Source: Chiloscyllium plagiosum (Eukaryota). From it: a DNA stretch of 64,000 bases. The DNA is taken from contig NC_057718.1 of the NCBI RefSeq assembly GCF_004010195.1, positions 5,354,325 through 5,418,324 of the forward strand, given 5' to 3'. Made by a program: the position numbers and the translations under genes. Shown in pieces: positions 25,091-38,552 of this stretch; position 1 is the first letter of the stretch, and each line of letters opens with the position of its first letter. The notes beneath the pieces were generated by a model. The model searched no databases, was not told the DNA's origin, and saw only the letters and a list, made by a program, of their open reading frames with translations.

Positions 25091-25491
25091 TTGATTATTG
25101 ACACTCAATAACCAGTATTTCAAGAAACCCTACATGGTCTACAGCAGACTTGCACTCCTTTAGAGCCCAAACACCGAAGCAATAAGGAAAATGAACCATG
25201 GCTGAGAAGTTAAAGATTGAATTAGATCAAAGGAAGTAGATTGTATGGACGCTTGAAAAAGTAGTCAGCCTGAGGATTTGGATCAATTTGAAACCTAACA
25301 AGGGAGATCCAAGAAACTGATTAAGAGAGAGAAAAGAAGAAAAAGAAAGAGGAAACACAAACGTGTGAGAAACATAAAGGCAGAGTGGAAAGAAAAAAAT
25401 TAACAGAGACATCTGCCAGCCATGATATTCCATCTGGTCACAGATTTCAGCGGGGTCCACACAATTTGGTGAGTTGGGAAGACAAATAGTC

Positions 25492-25645
25492 ATGAAATTT
25501 CAAGTAAAATTTTGAAATTTAATGTAGTGATGTGAAATTCAAGTCAGAATATTGAAGTTTAATGCAGAATGTTGAATTTCAACACGATATTGAAATTAAT
25601 ATAGAATTTTAAAATTCAGTGCAGAATTTTGAAGTTCAATGCTAA
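25492..25645 (+). repeat. Degenerate ~20-bp minisatellite (tgaaatttaatgcagaattt)
   Basis: About 7 imperfect tandem units. Confidence 0.75.
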
Positions 25646-25997
25646 GAAGCCTGATGTAATGCATTCTCATCAGACAAATGAGAAAATATAGGCACAAGTG
25701 TAGACCCCTTTGAATCTGCTCTATGATTCAATATGATCATGGCTAATCAACCAACTCAGTACCATACCCTTTGTTGCCTTTAGCCCAAAGAATTATATCT
25801 ATTTCCTTGAAAACAGCAAGGCAAGATGTGATAGAAAGTAAATGATAAAGTTCTCAAGGGACTGTTGAATCTGAAGATCGCATACATAAATCTTTGAAAG
25901 TAAATGGGCCAACTGATAAAGCAGGATTCTGAACCAGTGATGATGAAAGAATGTCAATCGATGCCTAAGTTGGGGATTCTCATGTACTGCCCCGGTC

Positions 25998-26530
25998 AGA
26001 GAATCCCTACAGTGTAGAAATAGGCCGTTCACTCCATCAAGTTTGCACCGATCCTCCGAAGAACATCACACCCAGACCCATTACTCCACATTTACCACGT
26101 CTATTCTTCCTAATCTGCACATCTCTGGACACTATGGGCAATTTAGCATGGCCAGTCTACCTAAACTGCATACACTGTGGGAGGAAACTGAAGCAGGAGA
26201 AAGTGAGGACTGCAGATGCTAGAGATCAGAGGCAAAGAATGTGGTGCTGGAAAAGCGTCCGAGGAGCAGGAGAGCCAACATTTCGAGCATCATGAATGAG
26301 CTCTTATTCCTGATGAAGAGATTATGCCCAAAACATTGACTCTCCTGCTCCTCGACTGGCTGTGCTTTTCCAGTGCCACACGCGAGGAAACTAAAGCACC
26401 TGGCAGAAACCCACACAGAATTGGGGATAATGTGCAAACTCCACACAGAGAGTAACCCAAGGCTGGAATTGAACCTAGGTCCCTAGGGCTGCAGTGCAGT
26501 ATTGCTAACCACTGAGCCACCATGCCACCC
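25998..26530 (-). mobile_element. HE1-like V-SINE interrupted by a Penelope insertion
   Basis: The antisense V-SINE halves join across 26196-26383. Confidence 0.85.
26196..26383. mobile_element. Penelope-like fold-back insertion (family A)
   Basis: 15-bp TSD gaggaaact(g/a)aagca (26181-26195 and 26384-26398); inverted arms; decayed hammerhead ctgatgaagagattatgcccaaaac. Confidence 0.85.
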
Positions 26531-27179
26531 TAAATTTATGGTTTAGGTTATTCCCTGGAGATCTTCACTCACGAAAAGAGGATTGATGTGACACATATGA
26601 AACTTTCGCATCACTTCTGAGAAACATCCTCCACCTTCCAGCCAGATGAAATCAATTTCTATTTTTCAAAGTGGCAGAGCTGTGGATTGAATCTAGATAT
26701 TTAGAAACAAAGTGTAAGAACTCACAGCTTTTCATTGAAGGATGATAGAAAACCAATAAAATGTTTCAAAAGTAAATCAAGTTACAAAAAGGTGAGAACA
26801 ATTTGATCGAAATCAGAAAGAAGTGAGAAGCTGGGTCTTTGCGCACTCCTCATACCATTCTTGCTGAGAACACGGAAGATTGAAAGCGATGCAAACCAGA
26901 AGGAGGCCATTTGTTCCATCAGTCTGTGTTGGCCTGTCTCATCTCAAGTTCCAATCTTTTGGTGGAACCCCATTTGTTTTGGAAGCTTGTTACACATTCA
27001 AGTCATTTTGGTGGTGTTTGTGGTGTTTTTCTTTCTCTACCCTGCTTTCAGCGAGTGAGTTTTGGAACTCCACTAACCTCCAAAGGCATTGCTTAACACC
27101 CCTTTCATCAAACTTTAAAATCCATTTCTTTCTGTTTTATTTTCCAGCTCTGTTAAGGGAAATATGTCTGTCTTATTGT

Positions 27180-27455
27180 AGATTCCCTGTGAAAGCAGGC
27201 CATTCGGCCCTTCAAAGAGCATCTCAGCCAGACCCACACTCCACCCTATCCCTGTAACCCTGCATGTCTCATAGCTAATCCAACTAATCTACATATCTTT
27301 GGACACTATGGACAATTTAGCTTGGCCAATCGAACTAACCTGCAACATTTTTGGACTGTGGGAGGAAACCCATGCAGACTTCACTCAGACGGTCACCCAA
27401 GGGTGGAACTGAACTCCCTATGAGGCAGCAGTGCTAACCACTGAGCCGCCGTGTC
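27180..27455 (-). mobile_element. HE1-like V-SINE, deleted
   Basis: ..gaggcagcagtgctaaccactgagccgccgtg is the antisense SINE head. Confidence 0.75.
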
Positions 27456-27762
27456 GACCCCAGTTTCTGCTGTTTGAAGAAAAGTAATTGTGGCCTGTTC
27501 AAACTTTCTGTCATGGTCAAAAATCATGTCAACATCTGTGATCATTTCATTTAGTTCCAGAGAAAGTTTGGAAATTTTGTGACAGCTTTCCTTGGTGAAA
27601 GGAGATCTGGCAGAGATGTTTGAAATCATGAGTGATCTGGACAGAGTGATCAGGAGAAAACGCTCCTATTCTTGGAATGGGAGCACAGATTTGAGAAATT
27701 GGTAAATAAAAGCAATAAGGAGAAAAATGTGTTCATACAGAGAGTTTTTGGGATCTGGGATC

Positions 27763-28108
27763 ATAGAATCACTGCAGTGTGGATACAGGCCCTTTGGCCC
27801 AAGAAATCCACACTGATCCTCCGAAGAGTGACTCACTCAGACCCATTCTCCTACCCTATTATCGTAGATTTACCGCTGACTAATGTACTGAACCTACGCA
27901 TCCCTGAACTCTATGGGCAATTTAGCATGGCCAATTTAACTAACCTGCATGCCTTTGGATTGTGGGAGGAAACTAGAGCACCAGGAAATCCATGCAGAGT
28001 TAGGGAGAATGTGCAAACTCCACACAGATAATCACCCAAGTTTGGAATGGAACACAGGTCCCTGGTACTGTGTGGCAGCAATGCTAACCACTGAGCCACT
28101 GTGTTGCC
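27763..28108 (-). mobile_element. HE1-like V-SINE inside a CR1 fragment
   Basis: Antisense V-domain and head; CR1 3' sequence on both sides. Confidence 0.85.
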
Positions 28109-28544
28109 CCAAGATGTACTGCCTGAGGATGAGGTTGAAGCAGGTTCAGTCAAGGCATTTGAAAGATCATTATCCAAAAAGGAATAGATTAAAGTGTTGT
28201 ACATACTTCCCTTCATAGGACCAGCACAGACAAGAAGGGCTGAATTGTCTCCTTCTGTACTATAATTAATCAGTGATTCTATTAAACCAACAAAGATGTA
28301 TCTTCTCTAATAATAACTGCAGTCATTTGGTTTGTCTCCAGCACCATCTTATTTGTGATTATTTGAGATTATTGCTTTGCTTTAATTAATCAGTTGATTG
28401 GTCATTCCTTCACTTGTTATTCAGCTTGTTGACATCCTACTCACACCATTTGTGCTTATCTGTTGACATTCTTAATCATCTGGAATAATTTGCCATTACC
28501 TCGCTGCCAATATAATCTGTGCCTGTGCGCTTTCCTTCTCTTCA

Positions 28545-28666
28545 TCTGACAAAGAAGCTGCACTCCAAAAGCTTGTTATTATAAATAACCCTGTTGGACT
28601 ATCACCTGGTGTCATGTGCCTTCTGACTGTCCACTCCAGTGCAACACCGGCACCTCCACATCATGG
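28545..28666 (+). mobile_element. Penelope-like pLTR end (family B)
   Basis: Homologous to the reverse complement of 612-727 (ctgttggacta..acctggtgt..cagt..aacaccggcacctccacat). Confidence 0.7.
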
Positions 28667-29054
28667 CTAATAATGACAGTCTCTTATTCAGCACATTGAA
28701 GCTGCAAAGTGCAACTAATGCAGATTGTGTATTTTCGGCAGTACAAATTCAATGGGCAGAAGGGCCTTTTCTGTCATGTATGAAACTTAAAGGTTGAACT
28801 GTAATATCCTTTCAATCAGAAAGCTGATACGTAGGTCTTGGGCTCAAGTTAAAACCATGAAGACGTGCAAAAATCATGAGTTAACCAAAAGAGACAAACA
28901 AATTCAGCCAGTAAAGTGCGGTGGGGGACAGATTATTAAAATGAAAGGAATGTTTTAATAAAATTACAAACTGATCATTCACCTCCATAATACTGGAAGT
29001 ATAAGTAATTTTGTAATTTTCAGAACTTCGTCGAGGACATGAACCACGTTTTCA

Positions 29055-29297
29055 CATCAGTAGAATCAAGAGCAGCTTCTTCACTGCTGTTTTCAAACGT
29101 TTGAATGGACCTCTTTAGTGTGAATGCAGATCTCTCTTTGCACCTTCTCAGTGGCTGTAACATTATATCCTGCACTCTGTTCTGTGACCCTCATGCACTT
29201 GTATTGTATGATCTGCCCATAAAGCATACAAGACAACTCTTTACTGTATCTCAGTAAATGTGACAATAATAAATCTAATCCAATCCAATCCAATCTC
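29055..29297 (+). mobile_element. LINE 3' end (Rex1/Babar-like), (CCAAT)n tail
   Basis: Reads ..RIKSSFFTAVFKRLNG, followed by ..tgtgacaataataaatctaatccaatccaatc. Confidence 0.55.
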
Positions 29298-29754
29298 ACA
29301 ACATTTGAGGTAGAGTATAGTTGGATCCCTCAACTGACTCAATTGTTCTGACCATGATGATGTTAACCAGTTCTGAAAATGAATTGACTTTATCAGGGAT
29401 TAGGTGAGCTTTGGACATAAGAACCCCTTTAAATAAGAGGTGAAATGGTTTCTGGGTGGAGCAGGGACCACCTTCTGCAAGTGGTGAATACTTGGTGATG
29501 TGGAATAAACATTGATTTCCTCATTTTGCATCCATTGCCGGAGGTGTTCAGAGAGGAATTTTAATGCATTTCGCCCCTAAATGGCTTGAGGATTTTTAAA
29601 ATTTAAACTGATTCTCTACCTCTCCCAGGAGACTGTTTCTAGGCAAAAGTGACTGAATGCCTACTCCAAGATGCACAAGATATTGTAGTTCTATGGGACA
29701 TCTCCTTTCTCCAATGTTGTTTATGCACCTGCAATTGGGCAGAAGATTCTGCCA

Positions 29755-29886
29755 GTCAAAAATATGTGGTGTTGGAAAAGCACAGCCAGTCAGGCAGCAT
29801 TGGAGGAGGAGAGTGGACGTTTCAAGCATAAGTTCTTCATCACTTTTTGATTCTGATTTCCAGCATCTGCAGTCCTCACTTTCTCT
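29755..29886. mobile_element. Penelope-like insertion with inverted left arm (family A)
   Basis: Degenerate 15-bp TSD cagaagattctgcca / cagaagactctgtca (29740-29754 and 29887-29901). Confidence 0.75.
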
Positions 29887-32049
29887 CAGAAGACTCTGTC
29901 AATGTGCTTTGGATTGAGAAGCCAGTGCTGAAAGCTGAGCTAGCCACACCATTGAGCGCCCTGTACAAATTTGTGTGCTTCTATATCAATCAAAAGAAAG
30001 TTCACGAAAACAACTTAATTGGCAAACGCCACTGCCCAACTTTCATAGATGTCTTCTTCATCATGATGGACGGATGTCAACTTCTGCTCCGAAGTAAATG
30101 GCACGAAGGAATCTGTGCTCAGAATTAATGACCAATTTTATATCAACAGCAGATGGGTTTTTAATTAATTGTTCCTCAACAGCAGATGTTTGTCAGCAAT
30201 GAGAAGAGGCTGCAGATGTGACATGAGATTGGTTTGCCTGAGCATTTTGAGGCTGCGATTTTGATCAGTTCTGCGTGCACTGTCAGCAATTGTTGTACTT
30301 CCACTTTGTAAAAAAAAAAGTTTAGCTGAAAACTCCATCCTGATGTGACACTCCTCTGTGAGGCACTACTTACTATTACGCTATGGAGTATAAATCTCTG
30401 AACCCCTCAATATATAACTGCCTCATGATTACACAGTGGAGACCTTTTATTTTGATGTGATTAATGCAGATTTGTCTTTTTTGCTATATAAATGTCTGGC
30501 ATCATGTGAAACACCTTGTGGAAAGTGGCACTTGAAACTTGACATTCTGGTCCAAAGATATGGTCCATCATCATTATACCTCAGAAAATTTCACAAATAT
30601 GTGTTTCACCTTTGAGTAGAGGCCAAGCTAACCTTGTTTTTATTCATCCACTTTTGTAAAGGGTGATGGTCAAATGTACATGATGTATTTTTCATGACTA
30701 AATACAATCTTGTTGCACATTGTGAAGAACACAGAGCACCAACAATGCCAACACCATCAGAGATTATCTTGTTGATACCTGTGTGATTTTGCCATTCAAA
30801 AAATGGTTGATGCTTTAGCCTGCAGCGTGACAACCTTACTGCATAAGGGTATGGAGCTGCACAAGCTCTCCTTGTCACAACTGTGCAGAGTCTGTCTCTG
30901 TTTCTTATTTTCCAATTACATTACTGACTTGCTCAGGATAACAGTGTTGCAGCTCCGTGCAAGTGAAATATCACCTCAGCCCCTTCCCAATCCAATGAAG
31001 GTGACGTAGGAACACTCTCCATCTTGTTAAACTCCTCAGTTTCATGAGTCTTTGTGTGTTTTACAGTACTTTATAACAAAAGCAAATTACATTTGGGTAT
31101 ATAGTTTAGGAGCAGGATTAGGCCACTTGGCCATTGGCTCTACTCTGCCATTTAATAACATCAGGATTTATAACATCAACTCCACAATCCCATCTCTTTT
31201 ATCATGCGATTTAATGCCACACTATGATTGGAGATTTCAAACAGTTTAAGAGCTGTCTTTAGACTTTGATTTAAAAGAACATTGTTTCTTATACTTTAAT
31301 ATGTAATCATAGATATACTCGGCTCTCACTTAAACAAGGCTGTTCTCTATTCATGTTCTCTATTCTAATCCAACACTCAATCTCACTGAATTCACTCACA
31401 CTGTGCTATTTATGCCCAGTGGGGAGAAACTCTGACATCATTGCATGTTTGTTTCAGGGTTTAGCCCCTCCCTTACACAACAACCTTCCCCGAACTTTTC
31501 TCCCCATGTCATAAATATTGACTAACAATCATACTCAAACAAAATAATTAGGTACTTCTTCTCTACAGCGTTTTTCCTTGGTCCTCCTACTGACTCCCAA
31601 ATCTTTGATTTGATTTATCTGTGTCAATAGGTCGATGAGGACAGTCTATGACAAGATAGAGAAAAACTTAAAGTAAAGCTGGTGATCTTGGATGCTGGTT
31701 TCCTTTAGATCGGAGATTTTTAATCATTTTGTCTGAAGGAACTTGTAGTGACTTAACGGTCTTCCTTTACCAATATGGTGTGACCATGGCGATGAATGAA
31801 GATATTCCTTTTTCAAGATGATTGAAGGCTTTCTAAAGGTTCTGTGGGGGGAAAGATACTCAAAATGGCTTCACTCAATAACATTCAATAATTTTTTGAC
31901 GGTGTCGAATATGGTTGTCTTAACTACAATGGTGCTGATTTCTGTGTGCGAGACATTTTTGTGTCTAATTCATTATCACATGATCAGAAGAAATGTGCTC
32001 TATTTCTTGATCTGTATTTTCATAAGTAAAACTTATAAAGAAAATGAAA

Positions 32050-32500
32050 GCACATGGGAATCAGGGTAACTTGGCAAATTATATTCAAAATTGACTGAAC
32101 AACAGGAGGTGGAGGGTGTTGTTAAAAGACTGTTTGCATGACTGGAGGCTGGAGTCCAATAGTGTTCTCCAGTGACCAGTGCTGGACCCCTTATTATTTG
32201 TGATATACATTAGCAATGTAGAATTGAATGTGTGGGGGATGAGAAATACATTTGTAGATGACACATAGATTGGCCTGGTGATTTACCATAACGAAGATAT
32301 AAGCGGCTTGGACAGATAAGTGGCAAATGGAACTTAACCCTGAAAAGTGTGAAGGGATGTATTTTGAAAGAAGTAACAAGACAAGGGAATATCCAGTGTA
32401 TGGCAGGATGCTTAGAAAAAGAGGGACTCTGGGTGCTTTACCCCCGAAGATGACAGGACAGGTTAATAATGTAGTTAAGGCGACATTCAGGACAATCTCA
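32050..32500 (+). mobile_element. CR1 RT fragment
   Basis: Degenerate WIQNWL..PLLFVIYI..FVDDT; ORF 32327 MELNPEKCEGM. Confidence 0.7.
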
Positions 32501-32614
32501 GGACAGCCATAAAGTCAATGAAACACAGCTGAGGTGTAATCCTTAGAGGAGGAATCACAGTAACCAATTTGTACACAGCAAGCTCCCACAAACAGCAATG
32601 AAATAATGTCTTAA

Positions 32615-33065
32615 AGTACGGAATCAGACCCTTCAGTCCATGGACAACATAATCCCAAACTAAACTAGTCCCACCTACCTGCTCCTGGTCAATATCCCTC
32701 CAAACCTTTCCTATTCATTTATCTATCCAAATGTCTTTTAGCCATTGTAATTGTACAGCCATCACTTTCTCAGGAAGTTTATTGCACACATGAACAACCC
32801 CCTGTGTTAAATATTTGTCCCTCGTGTCTTTTTTAAATCTCTCTCCTCTCACCTATTCTTGAAATTCTTCATCTTTTGGAAAAGGCAACTAGTTTTATCT
32901 ATACCTCTCACTATTTTATCTAATTCTACAAGGTCACATCTCAACCTCCTACACTCCAGTGAAAATATCCCACCATAGCCAGCCTGTCTTTATAATTCAA
33001 ACCTTCTAAACCTGGCAACATCCTGGTAAATCTCTTCTGAACCTTCTCCAGCTTTATAATATCTT
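32615..33065 (-). mobile_element. CR1 3' fragment
   Basis: Antisense of the family seen at 80-610. Confidence 0.75.
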
Positions 33066-33264
33066 TCCACTCTGCTTTTACTTGATGATGACAGAATGAT
33101 AAATTTTATGCTAAATACTGGTGAGAAAGGGCTTGATGACTATGTAGATGAACCTCTGAAGTAAGCTGTGATGTAACTGGAATGTGCTATTACTCTGTTT
33201 GGAGTTTGAAGCCTGTACAGCACAAAATATGCAGTTCTGTAGCCTTAATACATGCACAGTATAT

Positions 33265-34240
33265 CATAGAACATAGAACAGGACAGCACAGAACAGGCCC
33301 TTTAGCCCACGATGTTGTGCCAAGGTTTAATCCTAATGTAAAATATAGTAACTTAACCTACGCACCCCTCAACTCACTGCTATCCATGTGCATGTCCAGC
33401 AATCGCTTAAGTGTCCCCAATGACTTCGCTTCCAGCACTTCAACTGGCAACGCATTCCATGCATTCACAACTCACTGCGTAAAGAACCTACCTCTGACGT
33501 CTCCTTTATAATTTCATCCTAATATCGTCAAACTTATGACTCCTCGTACCAGTCAATCCTGCCCTGGGGGAAAGTCTCTGGCTATTGACTCTATCTATTC
33601 CACTCATTAGTTTGTACACCTCAATCAGGTCTCCTCTCTTCCTCCTTCTCTCCAGAGAGAAAAGTCTGAGCTTATTCAACCTTTCTTCATAAGGCAAGCC
33701 CTCCAGTCCAGGCAGAATCCTGGTAAGCGATCTTTGCACCCTCTCCAAAGCCTCTGTATGTTTCCTATAGCAGGGCAGCCAGAACTGGACACAATATTCC
33801 AAGTGTGGTCTCACCAGGGGCTTGTAGAGCTGCAGCAAAACCTTGCGGCTCTTAAACTCGATCCCCCTGTTAATGAAAGCCAAAACACCATATGCTTTCT
33901 TAACAACCTTATCCACTTGGGTGGCAACTTTGAGGGATCTATGTACTTGCGCACCCAGATCCCTCTGTTCCTCCACACTGCCAAGAATCCTATCTTTAAT
34001 CCTATATTCAGCATTTGAGTTCGACCTTCCAAAATGCATTACTTTGCATTTATCCAGGTTTACTCCATCTGCCATTTCTCAGCCCAGTTCTGCATCCTGC
34101 CTATGTTATGCTGCAGCCTGCAGAAGCCCTCTATACTATCGATGACACTTCCAACCTTTGTGTCATCTGCAAATTTACTAACCCACCTCTCAATCTCCTC
34201 ATCCAAGTCATTTATAAAAACTACAAAGAGCAGAGGCCCA
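33265..34240 (-). mobile_element. Well-preserved CR1 3' portion (RT C-terminal half)
   Basis: GPLLFVVFINDLD..SKFADDTKVG (34060..34240); KCKVMHFG..LVRPHLEYCVQFW (33506..34075); (catagaa)n tail on +. Confidence 0.92.
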
Positions 34241-34744
34241 ATAAACAAAGTCTGGCCTAAGCTTTTATGAAAACCCATATTAGAACATATTGCAACATGG
34301 TGGTTGGGATGAAGCTACCGGACTAAGATTGACTTTTTTTTTAAGCGGAATCTTACATTCTACATGACAACTGTGTGTGCCCATGAAGCAAAGTTGAATC
34401 ATGCAGCAAAAATCCTCAGAATATTTCCTGTGACTTGAAGGCTTACCAGAAGTGAGGTGAAGTGTTGACAACTTACACAAGATGAGATAAAGTGAGGCAT
34501 AATCCTTAACCAGCTCACCAGTCTCTGTCTTTTCCAAGGTCTGACAATGCTGAGAAAAGACCGATACTGGCACTTACAGGAGTTGTGAAAAATACACTTC
34601 TCATCAGTACATTACTGCTGGAATCAGAATGAGTACAGCTCAGAACATGCTGTCCTGTAGCCTTACTGCAGTTTATCAGCAATTGCTGTTTAACAGTCAC
34701 TAAGAATTCCTGTCTGATCTTCTATGAACACCCTAGAACAAATA

Positions 34745-34930
34745 TAAGGGGAATGTTTGTCTTTGAAATAGTTCACATGAGATCTGTTGCATTCACCTGA
34801 GAAAGTAAACAAGGCCCTAGTTTAATATCTCATCTGAGAGACAGTACCTCTGTCAGTACTCCCTCAATACTGCATGGGAACTGCCAAGATTTGTCTTGGC
34901 GTTTTTTTGGAATGGAAATGTTCTGACTTA
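34745..34930 (-). mobile_element. Deu-domain SINE fragment
   Basis: gtttaatatctcatctgagagacagtacctc..gtactccctcaatactgca is the antisense Deu domain. Confidence 0.55.
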
Positions 34931-35867
34931 GAATTGAGATACTACAGAAAGGCAGCACCCAGTCTTTTCAATACTACATATAGATAAATGAAAGAAACAC
35001 AGTGAAGTTTTGCTCATCAGAAATCAGAAAGCATCAAATTAGATTTCTGGCTTGTACATGATGTATCGTTCAGGCATGGCACACTTAGATTTCGTTTTCC
35101 AGAAACCAGCCCTTTGAATAAATGCATTGTGTGCCCAAACACTCGGAGGTGCTATTTTGAAGCAGATGCCTTTTGAATCCAAGACTGCACTTTTCAAATA
35201 AGTCTCTACAGCTCCTTTCAGAATCAATTATACATTGCCAAGCTTAAAGACAAGATCCATTTTAATAAATTATAAGCTGTGGTCACTGCGAGCTAAATAT
35301 TTTAATATACAGAATATTATTTTATCAATCAAAAGAACATTCTTTCTTTCCTAATGATAATTCTAAACATTGTGCATTTTTGTAAATTAAATATTTCATT
35401 TTGAAAGCAGTAGTAATAGACATTTTCATTTGGAGGTTTTGATGTTATTTAGTCTCAGCATTTATCCTGTATTTCATTTTTACACGTTTCACTGCACTTG
35501 GAGACATCAATCAGCTCAGCCATCTCCTTCAGGGCTCTGTGACACAACTATAACTGAGCCAGCCAACATTAACATCCTGAGGGCCCATCACAGACAAGCA
35601 GCAGACTTGGGCCAGCTACTTTGGCAGCAGGGCATGAGCAGAAGGCCAGAGGCCAGGCAAAGGTTGACTGGTACCTCCACTCCTGAACACATTCCCCTGT
35701 CTACCAGACTGAAGTCAGGAGCATGGTAGAATGCACTATCTGAGTGTCACCAACTGAAGCAATACAGAGAGAAATCAATCATACCCAAGACACAGCAATA
35801 GATTGACACCTCTGTCCCAGATTCAATGCTTTTCCACCATAGCCTGATGGGAAGGAGCTTTTGCTGC

Positions 35868-36581
35868 TTTGCATCTGCCTTAAATATTTACTTTGTAAAG
35901 TTAGGTATAGTGTTAACACAGGGGTAAAAACAATGCTCACATGATGGCTATTGAACTGGATGACTAATTCAGACACTTGACCTAATCATTTGGAGAGATC
36001 AATCCAAACACACCAGGGCAGCAGCTGGAACATATATTGGAACCAGGTGGTCGGTACTACAGGGACTCTTGTGGTGCAGTGGTGGTGTCCCTACCTTTGA
36101 GCTAAAAAGTCTGAATTCAAGATAACCCCCCTGGCTCCAGAGGTGTGCCTTAACATCTCTAAATTGGTTGTTTAGTAAAAATATTCAAAGAGTCTCATGC
36201 TGTTACTGCCTGAAATCACCAGAATATCAGAAAAAAATCCAACTGAATGAAGAATGCCGTTTTGGAATGAAACTTTGTCAGCCTTACTCTGTCTAGTCTA
36301 TACATGGTCTTTGACCCACAGCAGTGCAGTTGATTCTTAACTGCCCTCAGAAATGGTCAGTTGTGTTCGTGAAGGGAGCCCATCATCACCACCTTAAGGG
36401 TAGTTTGGACAGGCAAATAAAAGTTTGACTCACCAGAGACACCCACATACCCACTCCAAATGATTAGGTCAAGTGTCTGAATTAGTCATCCAGTACAATA
36501 GCCATCATGTGAGCATTGTTTTTACCCCTGTGTTAACACTATACCTAACTTTACAAAGCAAATATTTAAGGCAGATGCAAA
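35868..36581. repeat. 128-bp near-perfect inverted repeat (35868-35995 / 36454-36581)
   Basis: The arms are reverse complements with 2 mismatches by eye. The 458-bp spacer is old SINE-like sequence. Confidence 0.92.
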
Positions 36582-37445
36582 ATCCATTTGAGGGATGTGT
36601 GCATTACTGGATGGGTCAACATTTATTGCATTCCTCTAGTTGCGCTTGAGAAGGTGGTCGTGAGCTGCCTTCTTAAACCACTCCAGTCCACCTACTGTAA
36701 GTAGACCCACATTAACCTTAAGGAGGGAGTTCCAGGATTTTGACCCAGTAACAGTGATGGAATGGTATATATTACATAAATCAGGATGGTGAGTGGTTTG
36801 GAGGGAAAGTTGCAGGTGGTGGTATTCACATGTATCTTGTCTTTCTAAATGGAAGTTGTCTTGGGTTTAAAAGGTGCTTTCTATGGATCTTTGAATTTCT
36901 GCAGTGCATCTTGTAGATCGTACACACTGCTGTTACTGAGCATTGGTGGTGAAGGGAGTGATGCTTGTGGATGTGGTGCCAGTCAAGCAGGTTGCTTTGT
37001 CCTGTACGGTGTCAAGCTTCTTGAGTGTTGATGGAGATGCACCCGCCCAGACAGGTGAGGGGTATTCAGTCACACTCCTGACTCGTCCCTGTAGATGGTG
37101 GGAGAAAGTGAGGATGCAGATGCTGGAGATCAGAGTCAAAACGTGTGGTGCTGGAAACGCACAACAGGTCAGGCAGCATCCGAGGAGAAGGTGAGTCAAT
37201 GTTTTGGGCATAAACCCTTTGTCAGGCGTTTGGGTGTGGGGGAGGTTTGTGGTGGGGAAGGGGGCTGAGAGATAAATAGGAGGTGGGTGGGCTGGGGGAA
37301 GGTAGCTAGGAAGGCAGTTGCCTCAACAGACTTTCAGGAGTGAGGAGGTGGATCACTCACCTCAATATTCCTACCCACTGACCTGCTCTTGCAGCCTTTG
37401 TGTTTATATGGTGAATCCAGTTGAGGTTCTGGTCAAAGGTAACTC
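36582..37445 (-). mobile_element. L2/CR1-group LINE 3' fragment with a Penelope pLTR insert (~37102-37320)
   Basis: ORF 36933..37211 reads EYPSPVWAGASPSTLKKLDTVQDKA. The insert matches 11620-11820. Confidence 0.8.
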
Positions 37446-38552
37446 TACTCTTCTGCTCTGCTTTGAACCTCATCTGCTACCTGTCCGTCCATCCTACCAA
37501 CTTGTCCACCTCCTTTTGGAGTTCGAATGTCCTCCTCATGTTTTACAATTTTTCTGAGTTTCCTGTCATCAGCAAATTTTGAAATTATTGCTTGCACACC
37601 AAGACCTATTTCAGGAAAAGCAAAAATCCCCTGAGAATGACAAAGCTGCCTCCAGCTCAAAAACTATCTGTTTTCCATGACCCTCTGTTTTCTATCACTC
37701 GTCCAATTTTGTAATGTCGACCTGTAATTGTTATTTTCTGTTGTTTTCTGGAGCTCTTATGTATGTTGGACGTTTTCTGTTTGTTTGGATTTTCTATCTA
37801 ACTGCACTTTTACTTTTAATTTCTGATGTATGCTCGGAATTAGAGAGAAATTCATCCAGCATGAAATCTTCACCAGCCACTTGGTGTAACTGATTGATTG
37901 TTACTGAATGAATCAAAATGGGAATTTTAAAAAAATTGTTCTGCGAATTACAAAAATGACTTTACTAAGGTAATGGTTTCTGAGAATGTGTCCATAAATC
38001 ACTCAAACCATCTCAATTTGAAGTTATAAATCACTGCTCAATGTTTTGGGCTTTGAGTGTAATGCCAGTATGAAACAGAAATGTAAAGGGTCCCCTTGAG
38101 ATTAAGAATAATTCAAATACATTTAGTAATATCGAACTAATCAGAGAATGGTCACAGCATAGAAAGAGGACATTTAGTTCTTTGTATTCATGGAACCCCT
38201 TGGAAAGAGCAATTTAGCTCAGCCCACTCCCCTACCTTCTCCCTGTGGACCTGCAATTTCTTCCTCTGTAGATAATTATCCAAATCTCTTTGAAAGCTGC
38301 AACTGAATCTGCCTCTATCACATTTTCAGATCCCAATCACTAGCTGGGTACAAATGGGCAGAAAGAAAATCGACGCACCCCATCTACCCCACTTAAACTT
38401 GGAAAATGTCTTATAATCCACAGTGGTTGGCTGTCTGCCTTGAGACTGGGGATACTGTACTCCTTTCACTACCAGACCTGAGGCAAGTCAGACTAATAGA
38501 GTGGGTAATGGGATGGCTGAGCTCGGAGATGTGTCACTGATGTTCAACTCAG

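Noticed and set aside
30015..30113. Minus-strand frame ..HDEEDIYESWAVAFAN* resembling a tyrosine-motif tail
   Set aside because: Weak acceptor, short, and no supporting upstream exons.
34519..34549. 31-nt minus-strand micro-exon candidate
   Set aside because: Splice signals only; no recognisable peptide or partner exons.
34998..35025. RSS-like CACAGTG-12-TCAGAAATC
   Set aside because: The nonamer matches only 6/9 and no V, D or J coding segment is adjacent; likely chance.
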